Assembly: GCF_006345805.1 (NCBI RefSeq)
Contig: NC_043017.1
Location: 18,910,001 to 18,974,000, forward strand
Reading direction: 5' to 3'
DNA from: Octopus sinensis
Taxonomy: Eukaryota
DNA length: 64,000 bases
The notes below the pieces were generated by a model. That model made no database searches. It saw only the letters and a program-made list of their open reading frames with translations, and was not told where the DNA came from. Position 1 is the stretch's first letter, and every line of letters starts with the position of its first letter. Position numbers and translations under genes: made by a program. Shown here in pieces: positions 50,871-62,269 of the stretch.

Positions 50871-51946
50871 TTATGAAACCATCTTTATGTGTACATTAAT
50901 TATAAAAGCTTTCAATTTGTGTGTGTGTCACGAAAACATATTTACTGTCAGAAAACCACAGAAATACGATATTGTGCAGGTGTGGCAATGTGGGTGAGTT
51001 TGCTTCCTAATCACACAGCTTTGGGCTCAGTTGAACTGTAGTTCTTAGGGCAAGCACTTTCCACAACAGCATTGTACCATTAAAAGCCTTGGGATCTGAT
51101 TTTGTAGATGGAAACTGAAAGAAGCTGATGCTATCATAGAAGATGCTTCCCCCAAACTACATGGTTGTGAAGCAAAATTATTAACCACACCACCATGACC
51201 GCACCTAAAAAATTAGCAGAAAATAGTATTTGCACCTTATTTGAAAAGCCTGCCTGCAGTTTTTCCATCCCTACCACCAATGCCCCCTTTTGTAATTGAC
51301 TATATACACTCCTATATATTTCTGACCTCTGTCTCCTCCACACTGAAAGAATAGCTTTAGTCTGTAAATATATAAACTTTGCTTGCAGATTTATGATGTA
51401 ATATTAAAACAAATTTAAAAGATAAGCTTCAACTGTTAAGCTAAAAGCCATTTACAATTTGTCAGTGTAGACATGTAAAATTTCCACTGTTAAATCACTC
51501 ACTTTTAAGTATCTCTTATATCTTATATTGTTTCTTTCTTATTTCAGAATACCAGATAGCACTAGCACAAAAGAATTTTCTGCTTCAAATCCCTAAATTG
51601 TTCTCAATTTTTGAAGACTAAAGCAAGATTTTGTATAGGATTGATATATTTCTGTTCATAGATGTTTACAGTTGAATTGCTATAAAATAAGTCTTGTGAA
51701 CTGTTCTCAGTCTTGCAGTCTAGAATGTGTTCAAAGTGATTTTGCATTCTGATTAAACCAAGACAAATTTACAAGGAAGTTTAAAGTGTCTTCAGATATC
51801 CACAAATATAGTAGTAGAGACAACTGTTTGGAATATTATCTAAAACCAAAGTCATTCAAAGGAAAATAATTAGGGAAAATGAATTATGTGAGTAAAAGGA
51901 ACAATGCCTAACAGAGTCTGAAAGAATTACCTTTTGTGATGAAATT

Positions 51947-54343
51947 TTGAAAGGTACAAGAAAAATATTGTACCACTGTGATATCTGTAAAATGTCATTC
52001 ACTCAAGAAAGTAGCTTTGCAAGTCATAAATATGTTCATAAAGAAGAAAGACCATATCTTTGTGAAATCTGTAAGAAATCATTCACTAGAAATAAAGACT
52101 TGACTAAACACATGTATTTTCATAAACAAGAGAAGCCATATAAGTGCGATGTTGGTGACACATCATTCTTGCAGGAAAATATCTTAAATAAACATTGCAA
52201 CATTCGTACAGGAGAGAGACCATATCACTGTGATATTTGTGGTGAATCATTTTCTGAAAGTTGTGAGTTAACTAAACACAAACATATTCATAAAGGAGAG
52301 AAGCCATACCACTGTGATATCTGTGGCAAATGTTTTTCTCATAGTAATGCTCTAACTATACACAAACGCACTCATACTGGAGAGAAACCTTATCCTTGTG
52401 ATATCTGTGGCAAATCATTCTCTCAGGCTGGTAACTTATCTACTCACAAACGTATTCATTCAGGAGGGAAACTATATCACTGTGATATATGCAGTAAATC
52501 ATTCTCTGAACCAAGTTACTTAGCAAAACACAAAATCATTCATACAGAAGGAAAGATATATCAGTGTGATATCTGTGGTAAATCATTCTCACAAAGAAAT
52601 CTCTTAACTATACACAAACGTGTTCATACAGGAGAGAAGCCATATCAGTGTGATATCTGTGGTAAATCATTCTCTCAGGCTGGTAACTTGACCACTCACA
52701 GATATGTTCATACTGGAGAGAAACCATATCACTGTGATGTCTGTGGTAAATCATTCTCTGACCCAGGTCAGTTTACAAAGCATAAATATATACATAGAGA
52801 AGACAAGTTATATCACTCTGAATACAGTGGTAAATCATCCCCTCACAGAATTTTTTTAACCATACACAAACATCACTGTGATATCTGTAGTAAATCATTT
52901 TCTCATAAAAATGCCCTAACTATACACAAACGTATTCATACAGGGGAAAGGCCATATCATTGTGATGTCTGTGGTAAATCATTCTCTCAGACCAGTAACT
53001 TAACTATTCACAAACAATTTCATATAGGAGAGAAACTGGATTATACTGATATTTATGGGAAATCTTTCTCTAATCTGGCTCACTTAATTTCTCACAGAGA
53101 CATTCATACAGAAGAAAAGCCCTATCCTTGTAACATTTGTGGTAAATCATTCTCTCGTAGAAAAGCCTTGATTATACACACACGCAGTCATACTGGAGAG
53201 AAACCACATCGTTGTGACATCTGTGGAAAATCATTTGCACAAGTTGGTAACTTGACTTCTCACAAACGCATTCATACTGGAAGGAAGCCATATCAGTGTG
53301 ATGCCTGTGGTAAATCATTTTCTCAGATTAATAACTTAACAACTCACAAATTCATTCATAAGAAAAGGAAACTATATCACTGTGATATCTGTGGTAAATC
53401 ATTCTCTCATCTAGCTCACTTCACTTCTCACAAACGCATTCATACAGGAGAGAAACCATATCGCTGTAATGTCTGTGGTAAGTCATTTTACCAAAGGACT
53501 GCTTTAATTATACACATACGCATTCATACAGGGGAGAAGCCATATCAATGTATTATCTGTGGTAAATCATTCACTCAGGCAGGTAACTTAGCTACTCACG
53601 AACACATTCATACTGGAAAGAAACCATATTGTGAGATATGTAGTAAGTCATTTTCTGACCCAGGTGACTTCTCTAAACACAAACTGATTCATAGAAGAGA
53701 AAAGCTATATTATTGTGACATCTGTAATAAATCATTCTCTCAAAAATGCACCTTAACTGGACACAAACATATGCATAGAAGTGAGAGGCTATATGACTGT
53801 GATATCTGTGGTAAATCCTTCTCTTGTAAAAATTCTTTAACTATACACATGTGTAGTCATGCAGGAGAGACAACAAATCAGTGCAATGTATATGATAAAT
53901 CATTCTCTCAAACTGATAACTTTACTTCTCACAAACACATTCACAAAAGAGAAAAACTATATTCCTGTAATAACGACAGTAAATCTTTTTCTGTCGCAAC
54001 TGACTTAACTACAGACAAACTCATTCATACAACAGAGAAGCCATATCATTGTGATATTTGTGGTAAATCATTTTCTCATAGAAATGCCTTAATTATACAC
54101 ATACGCATTCATACTGGTGAGAAGCCATATCAGTGTGATATCTGTGGTAAATCATTCTCTCAGGCAGGTAACTTAGCTACTCACAAACGCATTCACACAG
54201 GAGAGAAACCATATCATTGTAATATCTGCAGTAAATCATTCTCTGATCCTGGTCACTACTCAAAGCACAAACTGACTCATAGTGGAGGGTTGCCATATCA
54301 CTGTAATATCTGTGGTAATCATTCTCCTGTAGGAGTCTCTTAA
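51947..54343 (+). CDS. C2H2 zinc-finger ORF (ZNF8), ~23 intact of 28 units; ancestral start lost, possibly a decaying gene or pseudogene
   Basis: Open frame of about 2.4 kb. The track start is a TTG; the homologous ATG is AGG (51872) with an in-frame TAA at 51893, and the first in-frame ATG is 51992. Inferred intron 48769-51547. A frameshift at ~54317 ends the ORF. Confidence 0.75.
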   Translation: MKGTRKILYHCDICKMSFTQESSFASHKYVHKEERPYLCEICKKSFTRNKDLTKHMYFHKQEKPYKCDVGDTSFLQENILNKHCNIRTGERPYHCDICGESFSESCELTKHKHIHKGEKPYHCDICGKCFSHSNALTIHKRTHTGEKPYPCDICGKSFSQAGNLSTHKRIHSGGKLYHCDICSKSFSEPSYLAKHKIIHTEGKIYQCDICGKSFSQRNLLTIHKRVHTGEKPYQCDICGKSFSQAGNLTTHRYVHTGEKPYHCDVCGKSFSDPGQFTKHKYIHREDKLYHSEYSGKSSPHRIFLTIHKHHCDICSKSFSHKNALTIHKRIHTGERPYHCDVCGKSFSQTSNLTIHKQFHIGEKLDYTDIYGKSFSNLAHLISHRDIHTEEKPYPCNICGKSFSRRKALIIHTRSHTGEKPHRCDICGKSFAQVGNLTSHKRIHTGRKPYQCDACGKSFSQINNLTTHKFIHKKRKLYHCDICGKSFSHLAHFTSHKRIHTGEKPYRCNVCGKSFYQRTALIIHIRIHTGEKPYQCIICGKSFTQAGNLATHEHIHTGKKPYCEICSKSFSDPGDFSKHKLIHRREKLYYCDICNKSFSQKCTLTGHKHMHRSERLYDCDICGKSFSCKNSLTIHMCSHAGETTNQCNVYDKSFSQTDNFTSHKHIHKREKLYSCNNDSKSFSVATDLTTDKLIHTTEKPYHCDICGKSFSHRNALIIHIRIHTGEKPYQCDICGKSFSQAGNLATHKRIHTGEKPYHCNICSKSFSDPGHYSKHKLTHSGGLPYHCNICGNHSPVGVS

Positions 54344-55210
54344 CAATACACAAACAAATTCATACAGAACAGAAGCCAAGTCACTGTAATGTCTGCAGTA
54401 AGTCAATCTCTCAAGAAGTCTTAACTAGACACGAATGTGTACATACAGTTGAGAAGTCATATAACTGCAATATCTGTGGGAAACCCTTCTCTGACAGAAG
54501 ACAGTTAACTAAACACAAACATATCCACAGAGGAGAACAGCTACATCAGTGTGAGATCTGTGATAAATCATTCTCTTATAGAAATGCTTTAACTGTGCAC
54601 AGCCGTAGTCATACAGGTGAGAAGCCATATCAGTGTGATGTATGTGGTAAATCATTCTCTCAAGCAGGTAACTTAAAAACACATAAGCACATTCATACAA
54701 GAGAGAAACCTTGTCTCGGTGGTGTCTGAGATAAATCATATTTAAACCCAGGTCATTCAACTAAATACAAACATAACTATACAGGAACCATTCACATAGA
54801 AAAGAAGCCATATAATAGTGGTATGTGATAAATCATTCTCACAGATTGTTATCTTAACTACTCACAAACATTCATATGTGACAGAAACCATATCACTGTG
54901 ATATTTGAGATACTATCATAAAAATGTCTTGACCATATACAAACACATTCATACTGGTAAACTGTTTCCCATGGAAATGCCCGATTTATACAGACATGTT
55001 TTCGTACAAGAGACAAGCCATATCACTAACATCTGTAGTAAATTATTCTCTCATCAAAGTCATTAAACTAAATATAAGTGCATTCATAAGGTGGGTAATA
55101 CATGTCATATGTGATACCTCACATAAATAGTTTTCAAACTCAAATTAACTAAACACAGACATATCCATACAAAAGAGGAACACTGATGTTTGTGGCAAAT
55201 CATTCTCTAA
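54344..55210 (+). pseudogene. Frameshifted, decayed continuation of the ZNF8 finger array
   Basis: Finger-coding 84-nt units continue past the stop, including three intact out-of-frame fingers at 54460-54700 (DRRQLTKH, YRNALTVH, QAGNLKTH), then progressively broken units. Confidence 0.9.
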
Positions 55211-56083
55211 AACAGGGAGCTTAAAGAGACAAATATATTTATAAACATCAAAATATAACTGACATTTGTGATAAATTACCATTGCAACATTATTTTATTG
55301 AAACATGGATAACTACCACTGTCTGAGATAATATGCTATTTATTAACATGTAGATGATTTAGATCTCATATAGAAGCAGTTGTTGAAGCTGAAGGTGACT
55401 TTATTGAATAACATTATAAAAAAGAAGGTTTATTTTTATCCTCATAGTATTTTTTGTTAAATAAAGTTATGTTATTATATAGCTGTTTTTTTTATAAACA
55501 TAAATCTGTCCTCAAATATCTTGTACACCCTGTGTCTATACACACACATTTTCACCATTCACATTATTTTGGAAACAAGTTTTAAATGTGGTTTCTCAGC
55601 CTAACCTCCTACCATTTTGAAAGACAAAGAAAACATTGATAAGGTTGTCCTTGAACTATATAGAAAAGAAGGAATGTTCATGGGTAATATCCCTTTGTTC
55701 ATAAGGTTCATTAAACTAGGGTGACCTTAGATTCAACAACAATAGTAATAAAGCAACAAAAGCAATGATGATTACCAATAAAGAAAAAGATAACAGAAAA
55801 TTGATGCTAATTTACCTGATAAGGAAGGAAAAGATTATTACCAAAGAAATAATGAATTAAATTACATTATCTTATGCTGCATCTCTGTTATATTTGCAAA
55901 TAAATTTACCAGAAAAAGGTCAGATTATCTTACATTACATTCAAACTATTATGAAATTTATATTTTTATGGAACATAGAGATGATATTTTTAATATTGTT
56001 CATTTTTGAATATTTTTGCCTTTATGAATATTTACTGTATTTAATCCTAAATTATTACTTCTTGCTGCTTAAGCTTAAATGAT

Positions 56084-56930
56084 CATCATCATCATTTAAC
56101 CTTCCATGTTGGCATAGGAAGGATGGTTTGAGAAGAGCTGGCCAGGCAGAAGACTGCATCAGACTTCTGTCTGTTTTGGCATGGCTTTTACAGCTGGATG
56201 CCCTTCCTAACATTAACCACCCAATAGAGTGGGTTGAGTGCTTTTTACATGGCACCAGCACAGGCGAGGTCAGTTTTGGCATGGTTTTTACAGCTGGATT
56301 CCCTTCCAAATGCCAACCACTTTACAGTATGGACTGGACGCTTTTTATGTGACACCAGAACAGACAGGGTCACCAAGTATCTTGCAAGACAAGGCATCTT
56401 TGAGTAAAGAGGATGCATTAGAGGAGGTGATCTTGTGTTAGATGATGAAAGGTTAGAGAGACACAGAGGCGGGTGTCTTGCTGTAGAGGAGGTACATGGT
56501 TACCCAGCCAGAGAGAGAGAGAGAGAGAGTTAACCACAAAGAAACAGGTATGCTGCTGTAGAGGAGATACATGGTTACCTAGCTAGAGGGTAATGCAAAA
56601 GAAGGATTAAGAATGAGAGTAGAAGCAGGTGTTCTGCTGTAGAGGAGATACATGCTGATGCAACCAGAGTAAAAAGCAAGGGGAACAGAGAGTGGGAGAC
56701 AAAGAGATATGGTGGTGAAGTGCCAGGGTATACTCACAAGGAACGGGGTTGGGGCAGAGCATAAATAGGGTGGCAGAGTAAGGAAGAGAAAGATAAATGC
56801 TAGCAAGCACCAGAGTATACCCTCTAAGGTGTGGAGGTCATAATATATATGGCAGAGTATAACCAAGAAGGTAGTGGTGGGTGGGGAAACCAATGATGTA
56901 GTGAGAGATAATCATAGTGTATGAAGAGGA
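56084..56930 (-). mobile_element. RTE-tail element joined to a purine-rich repeat family
   Basis: (CAT)n tail and CTGGATGCCCTTCCTAAC, followed by GTGTCTTGCTGTAGAGGAG.TACATGGTTACC units also seen (either strand) at ~2310-2650, 7430-7765, 30340-30520 and 61800-62000. Confidence 0.6.
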
Positions 56931-57836
56931 AGTGGAAGAAAGAAAAAATTACTACCACACAAACAATGATATTTTATTCCAAACAAAACATTATAATAAA
57001 TCGTCTGTTATCATTAATACGGCTTTTTGGACATCGATTTCGGTTCGTAAGTTTACTTCAACTGTTCTAAAACAGAGAAGTGCATGCTAACCTGGATTTT
57101 ACACACACAACAAAGTTTCCGGATTTTCCATAGATTTAAGTAGCTAAGAACGAACCCTAGCCACATACACAGAGATGCACAAAACACATACATGCATGCA
57201 TACACACACACATACATAACTTGCACATTATAAATTTGCATGGCTTTTCTCAAGTTTAAAATGCAACATTGTTTTTATTATGTACTTTCCAACGACCCTG
57301 CTTTGTATCTTTGTTGGAAATCAGTTTCTGATTCAGAGGAAGAATTTAAATAATTGAAAGCAGAACAGAAACATACACACCCACACACACACGTACAACC
57401 ATTATCTTTCATACACACGTACATACATACATATATTCATTGTGGAGCAGTGTTTGAGTGAATACAAATACATAGAGCTGAACCCGCTCATGCGCACGCA
57501 CGAACACCTACATACATAAATACATATAAAACACATTGTGCGAATGTGTTTCACTGTTCAAGTCATCAACAGTGTCTGTTTCACTTCTGTCCGACTTCAA
57601 AGCTAATGTCGCCTTCTACACGTCATGAAAACAAAATTAAATAAATAAAACATTTTACAAAAATTAACAGACAATCATCGCAAGTCTGAGACCAAAAGCG
57701 AGAATTGCCTATTTTTCTTCCTAATTCTGTCTGGGAGAAAGAGACAGACAGTCTACAAGTATGTGATGAATGTCGATGTCATTGACAGAATATTGTTTTT
57801 GTTACTGTGGTGCTTGTTGCGTGTCCGAAGTCAATA

Positions 57837-58125
57837 TGCGCATGTCCAACCGGATATTGACTACAGACACTTTAAGACGAAGATTACTGTAATTATACGC
57901 ATAATTAAATTACATATTTGTAAAGAAATTATTTCGCGTGAGATAGATGCTGATAGAAAGGTAATCATATTTATACATCATGTTATATATATATTTTTAT
58001 AATGTTATATATGTATGTATATAACATTATAAAAAATAAATATATATATAAATACTAATTATCGCTTCAGTAATACATTTGTCCACTATCACTGTCTTCC
58101 TGATATTGGCTGTTATTTATACGAG
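57837..58125 (+). promoter_or_regulatory. ZNF9 promoter motif and exon 1
   Basis: TGCGCATG at 57837, CCGGATAT at 57850. The exon end TACGAG at 58125 is interrupted by a SINE fragment. Confidence 0.72.
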
Positions 58126-58256
58126 GTGTACTAGGTAATTCAGCCGAGGCAGACCCCGCCTTTCATCCTTGCGGGGTCGATAAATTAAGTACAAGTCCAG
58201 TAATCGACTAGCTCCCTCCCCAAAGTTTCAAGCCTTCTTGAAAGGATTTATATTGG
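58126..58256 (+). mobile_element. SINE fragment inserted at the ZNF9 exon 1/intron boundary
   Basis: GCCTTTCATCCTT.CGGGGTCGATAAATTAAGTAC matches the 48085 SINE; it separates TACGAG from GTATTTTTTGTTG. Confidence 0.8.
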
Positions 58257-59101
58257 GTATTTTTTGTTGCTGATTTCTTGATATTATCGGTGTTTTGTTT
58301 CTTCTTTTCATTGTATTCTTTCTTTGGTTAATGTTTAGTCATAAAATTCGTGACACCCCTAAAAACAATCTTTGGTCACAAGTCTGCTCAGTCAGTACTG
58401 ACCTAGGGCTATAAAAATACCAACAGAAGAATGTTACGAACTACTATTGGGTTGCTTATATATATGTGCATGTGTGTGATATATATATATATATATATAT
58501 AAAGAGAATCAGGTGTTGCTGCGTCGTGATATATTTTCAGTGAAATTGTTTATTATTGCTAGTGGTGTCATCATACTTGTGTGTAATAATTTGAGAGTTA
58601 CGGGCCTTGATAAGGCTTTACTTTCGTCTATCTACAACTACTTTCTCTAAGCTGACATATTACACAGCTTTAGGATGTAACTGTAGTTTGAAAATATGTA
58701 TATTTGAAGTAAACCTCGATTGTCCATATAAATGTTTATATCTCCAGTTTATCAATATAGAAATGTAGTAAATTTTCCAATGCTGTGCCTACTTTTAAAT
58801 ACCCCCTTTTACTTAAACTTTCTCTATTATTTCAGAAATATTCGATGCATGGACAATATTTATCAACTTTTAAAGACTGGAGGAAGATATTGGGCTCACC
58901 AGATACAACTTGCGTGTATAAATCTATGTTTGAATTGGTGTGAAATATTTCTTGTGAACTGAGATTATCAGCAAAATTCTACTTCATTGTCTGGAATAGA
59001 CTTGGAAATATTTACAAAGAGTTTGTGGTATCTCCATACTTCAAAAACGATCTACAGTTGATGGAAATATAAACCAAAGCAGTGCTTAAGGAATAATAAT
59101 T

Positions 59102-60883
59102 ATGGAGAGTAAATTCTATGAAGAACCAATTACGATTAAAACTGAGCCACAAACAAATAATTTTGCTGATGAGATGGTGGAAGAGATACGAAAAACATCA
59201 TACAAGTGTGATATCTTTAAAAGGTCATTCTCTCAAAAAAGTGTCCTAACTACTCACAAAAGAAAACATACTGGGGAAAAGCCATATCACTGTGATGTCT
59301 GTGGTAAATCATTTTCCCAAAGAAATGTCTTAACTATTCACAAACGCATTCATACAGGAATAAAAGTATATCAGTGTGACGTATGTGGAAAATCATTCTC
59401 CCATAGTACTGCATTACGTACTCACAAACGTATTCATACTGGAGACAAACCATATCACTGTGACATCTGTGATAAATCATTTTCTCAAAGAAATCGTTTA
59501 ACTTTTCACAAAAGCATTCATACAGGGGAGAAACCATATCACTGTAACATCTGCAATAAATCCTTCTCAAATCCATATGTCTTAGCTAAGCACAAACTTA
59601 TTCATACAGGAGAGAAACCATATCACTGTGATATCTGTGGTAAATCATTTTCCCATAGTGGTAACTTAACTTGTCACAGACGTATTCATACAGGTGAGAA
59701 GCCATATCACTGTGATATCTGTGGTAAATCATTCTCTCGAAAATCTAACTTACCTAAACACAAACGCATTCATACAGGAGAGAGGCCCTATCACTGTGAT
59801 ATCTGTGGTAAATATTTCTCTCGAAATGGAGACTTGTCCAAGCATAAACGTATTCATACAGGAGAGAAGCCATATCACTGTGAGATATGTGGTAAATCAT
59901 TCTCTCAAACTGGAGATTTAACAAAACACACACGAATTCATACAGGAGAGAAGCCATACTGTTGTGATATATGTAGCAAATCATTCTCTGAAAGTAGTGA
60001 GTTAACTCGACATAAACGTATTCATACAGGAGAAAAACCATTTCACTGTAATATCTGTGGTAAATCATTTTCTCAAAATTCAGAAGTGACTAAACACAAA
60101 CGCATTCATATTGGAGACAAGCAGAATTGTACTGATATCTGTGGTAAATCATTGTTACACTCAGGTAAATCAACTGCTCAAGAATATTCAAGGGAGAAAC
60201 CATATCACTGTGATATCTGTGGTAAATCCTTTTCTGGAAGTAGTGACTTTACTAGGCATGGACGGACTCATACAGGAGAGAAGCCATTTTGTTGTGATAT
60301 ATGTGGTAAATCATTCTCTCGAAATGGGGATTTAACTAAACACAAACGTATTCATACAGGAGAAAAACCATATCACTGCGATATTTGTGGTAAATCATAT
60401 TCTCAAAGTAGTGAGTTAACAAGACACAAACGAATTCATACAGGAGAGGAACCATATCACTGTGATATCTGCGGTAAATCTTTCTCTGAAGGAAGTTTCC
60501 TAACTAGACACAAACGCATTCATACAGGGGAAAAACCATATCACTGTGATATTTGTGGTAATTCATTCACACAGAATGGTGATTTAACTAGACACAAACG
60601 AGTTCATACAGGAGAGAAACCATATAATTGTGACATCTGTGGTAAATCCTTCTCTAGAAGTAGTTACTTGACAACACACATTCGTGTACATACGGGAGAG
60701 AAGCCGTATCAGTGTGATATATGTGATAAATCATTCTCTCAAAGTAGTGACTTAAATAAGCACAAACGTATTCATACAGGAGAGAAGCCTTATCTTTGTG
60801 ATATCTGTGGCAAATCACTATCTGACACTGGCAGCTTCACTAGACACAAGGATCTTCATACAAGAGAAAAGCCTTATAACTGA
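59102..60883 (+). CDS. C2H2 zinc-finger protein (ZNF9), 593 aa, 18 intact plus 2 degenerate fingers
   Basis: Intact ORF. Promoter motif at 57837, acceptor at 58834-58835. Confidence 0.95.
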   Translation: MESKFYEEPITIKTEPQTNNFADEMVEEIRKTSYKCDIFKRSFSQKSVLTTHKRKHTGEKPYHCDVCGKSFSQRNVLTIHKRIHTGIKVYQCDVCGKSFSHSTALRTHKRIHTGDKPYHCDICDKSFSQRNRLTFHKSIHTGEKPYHCNICNKSFSNPYVLAKHKLIHTGEKPYHCDICGKSFSHSGNLTCHRRIHTGEKPYHCDICGKSFSRKSNLPKHKRIHTGERPYHCDICGKYFSRNGDLSKHKRIHTGEKPYHCEICGKSFSQTGDLTKHTRIHTGEKPYCCDICSKSFSESSELTRHKRIHTGEKPFHCNICGKSFSQNSEVTKHKRIHIGDKQNCTDICGKSLLHSGKSTAQEYSREKPYHCDICGKSFSGSSDFTRHGRTHTGEKPFCCDICGKSFSRNGDLTKHKRIHTGEKPYHCDICGKSYSQSSELTRHKRIHTGEEPYHCDICGKSFSEGSFLTRHKRIHTGEKPYHCDICGNSFTQNGDLTRHKRVHTGEKPYNCDICGKSFSRSSYLTTHIRVHTGEKPYQCDICDKSFSQSSDLNKHKRIHTGEKPYLCDICGKSLSDTGSFTRHKDLHTREKPYN

Positions 60884-61738
60884 TATTAGTAAATCGTTTT
60901 CTCAAAGAATGTCACTTCACTACAAATATCTACATTTATACAGGTATAAACCGATCAGTGTCAAATTCTTCTATAAATGATACTTTTCCTATCACCACAA
61001 AAGTATTCCCAGTGGAAGGACATAATTGTGTGATAACTTTTTAACACTATATATTATATAACCGTAACTGTAGCTACTTTACTGAGATAACATACTGCTG
61101 TGATGTTGTAAATAGATAATTTGTATTCCATCTAACATAATTCCAGAACAGAAAGAGTATAGTAAGATAAGAGAGTAACACCATTAGGAAGGAAGTGAAT
61201 TGAAAAATAAATTAACCCTTTTGTTACTGTATATATTTTGAGATGCTCTGTGTTTCTTTCAGTTACTGAAAATATAACAAAGAATTTAGTAAAATAACTT
61301 AGTTATTGTTCAGCTAGTTTTAGGAACATTAATTGTGACTAAAGTTTGGTGGAAGATTTTAATTCAGAACTTATGAAAACAAGGCATTTGTACTCAGAGC
61401 CAGAGCCATCCATGAACTTTTAGAACTTTTACAACCTTTCAAAACTTTTATATCACAAAAATTAAAGTTCCTCATTCCACTTTTTTATCTTGTTTTATTT
61501 TATTTACATTTTTAATTGCTTTCTCTTCCACTACTTTCCTAATCTCTCCTACTAACAGCATTTCTATTATCTTTCACCATGTTGTGTGAGATAGTACAGA
61601 AGAAATGCAACTGTTTCATTTGATGTGAGGTAAATAGCTGAGATATGTCTTCTTATAAATACTGCTGTAAAAGGATGGTAAAAGTAAATGCGCTACCTAT
61701 AAAATAAAATATTTATAATACGATATAAGTATGTGTGT

Positions 61739-61745
<7 letters not shown>

Positions 61746-61793
<48 letters not shown>
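61746..61793. repeat. (TA)n microsatellite
   Basis: About 22 TA units; shorter arrays near 10311, 42311 and 58478. Confidence 0.95.
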
Positions 61794-61796
<3 letters not shown>

Positions 61797-62269
61797 GGTG
61801 TCGTGCCATAGAGGAGGTACATGGTTATCCAATGAAAGAGATAGTGAGACAGAGAGGTACAAGAAAGAGGCCAGAAACAAGTGTGGAGATACTTGGTTAC
61901 CTAGTCAGAGGAAAAACAAGAGGAGAGAAAGTGTGACCAACAGAAAGAGAGAGAGTACAAAACAGCAAAAGTATAAGAGAGAGAGCAGAAGAGAGATGGT
62001 GTAGTTCTAGGGTATGCTCACAAATAAGGATTTGAGCATAGAACCTGGGTAGAAAAATAGGGTATGAGTGTTAGGGGTGGGGGAGCAGTGAGTAGGGTAT
62101 TGAGCACAAGAAAGAGGATTGGAAAACAATCAGTTTATGAAGAGCAAATGTGAGGAAGAGAAAGATGCAGTTTAGAAGGGGAGTTTCCAGTTTCTTAGGG
62201 TAGAATGGGTGAATGTGTGTGGGTAGGAGACAACTCTTGTAGCACTCAGTTTGATGTACAGGTCCTCTC

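Noticed and set aside
1049-60335. Antisense and off-frame ORFs over the ZNF genes (MIYHRYH..., [11 protein letters not shown]... types)
   Set aside because: They are shadows of the 84-nt repeat read in other frames and have no independent signal.
565-60883. Assigning vertebrate gene symbols (ZNF271, ZNF91, XlCGF and similar)
   Set aside because: Such names would reflect generic linker similarity; these look like lineage-specific paralogs with no recognisable orthology.
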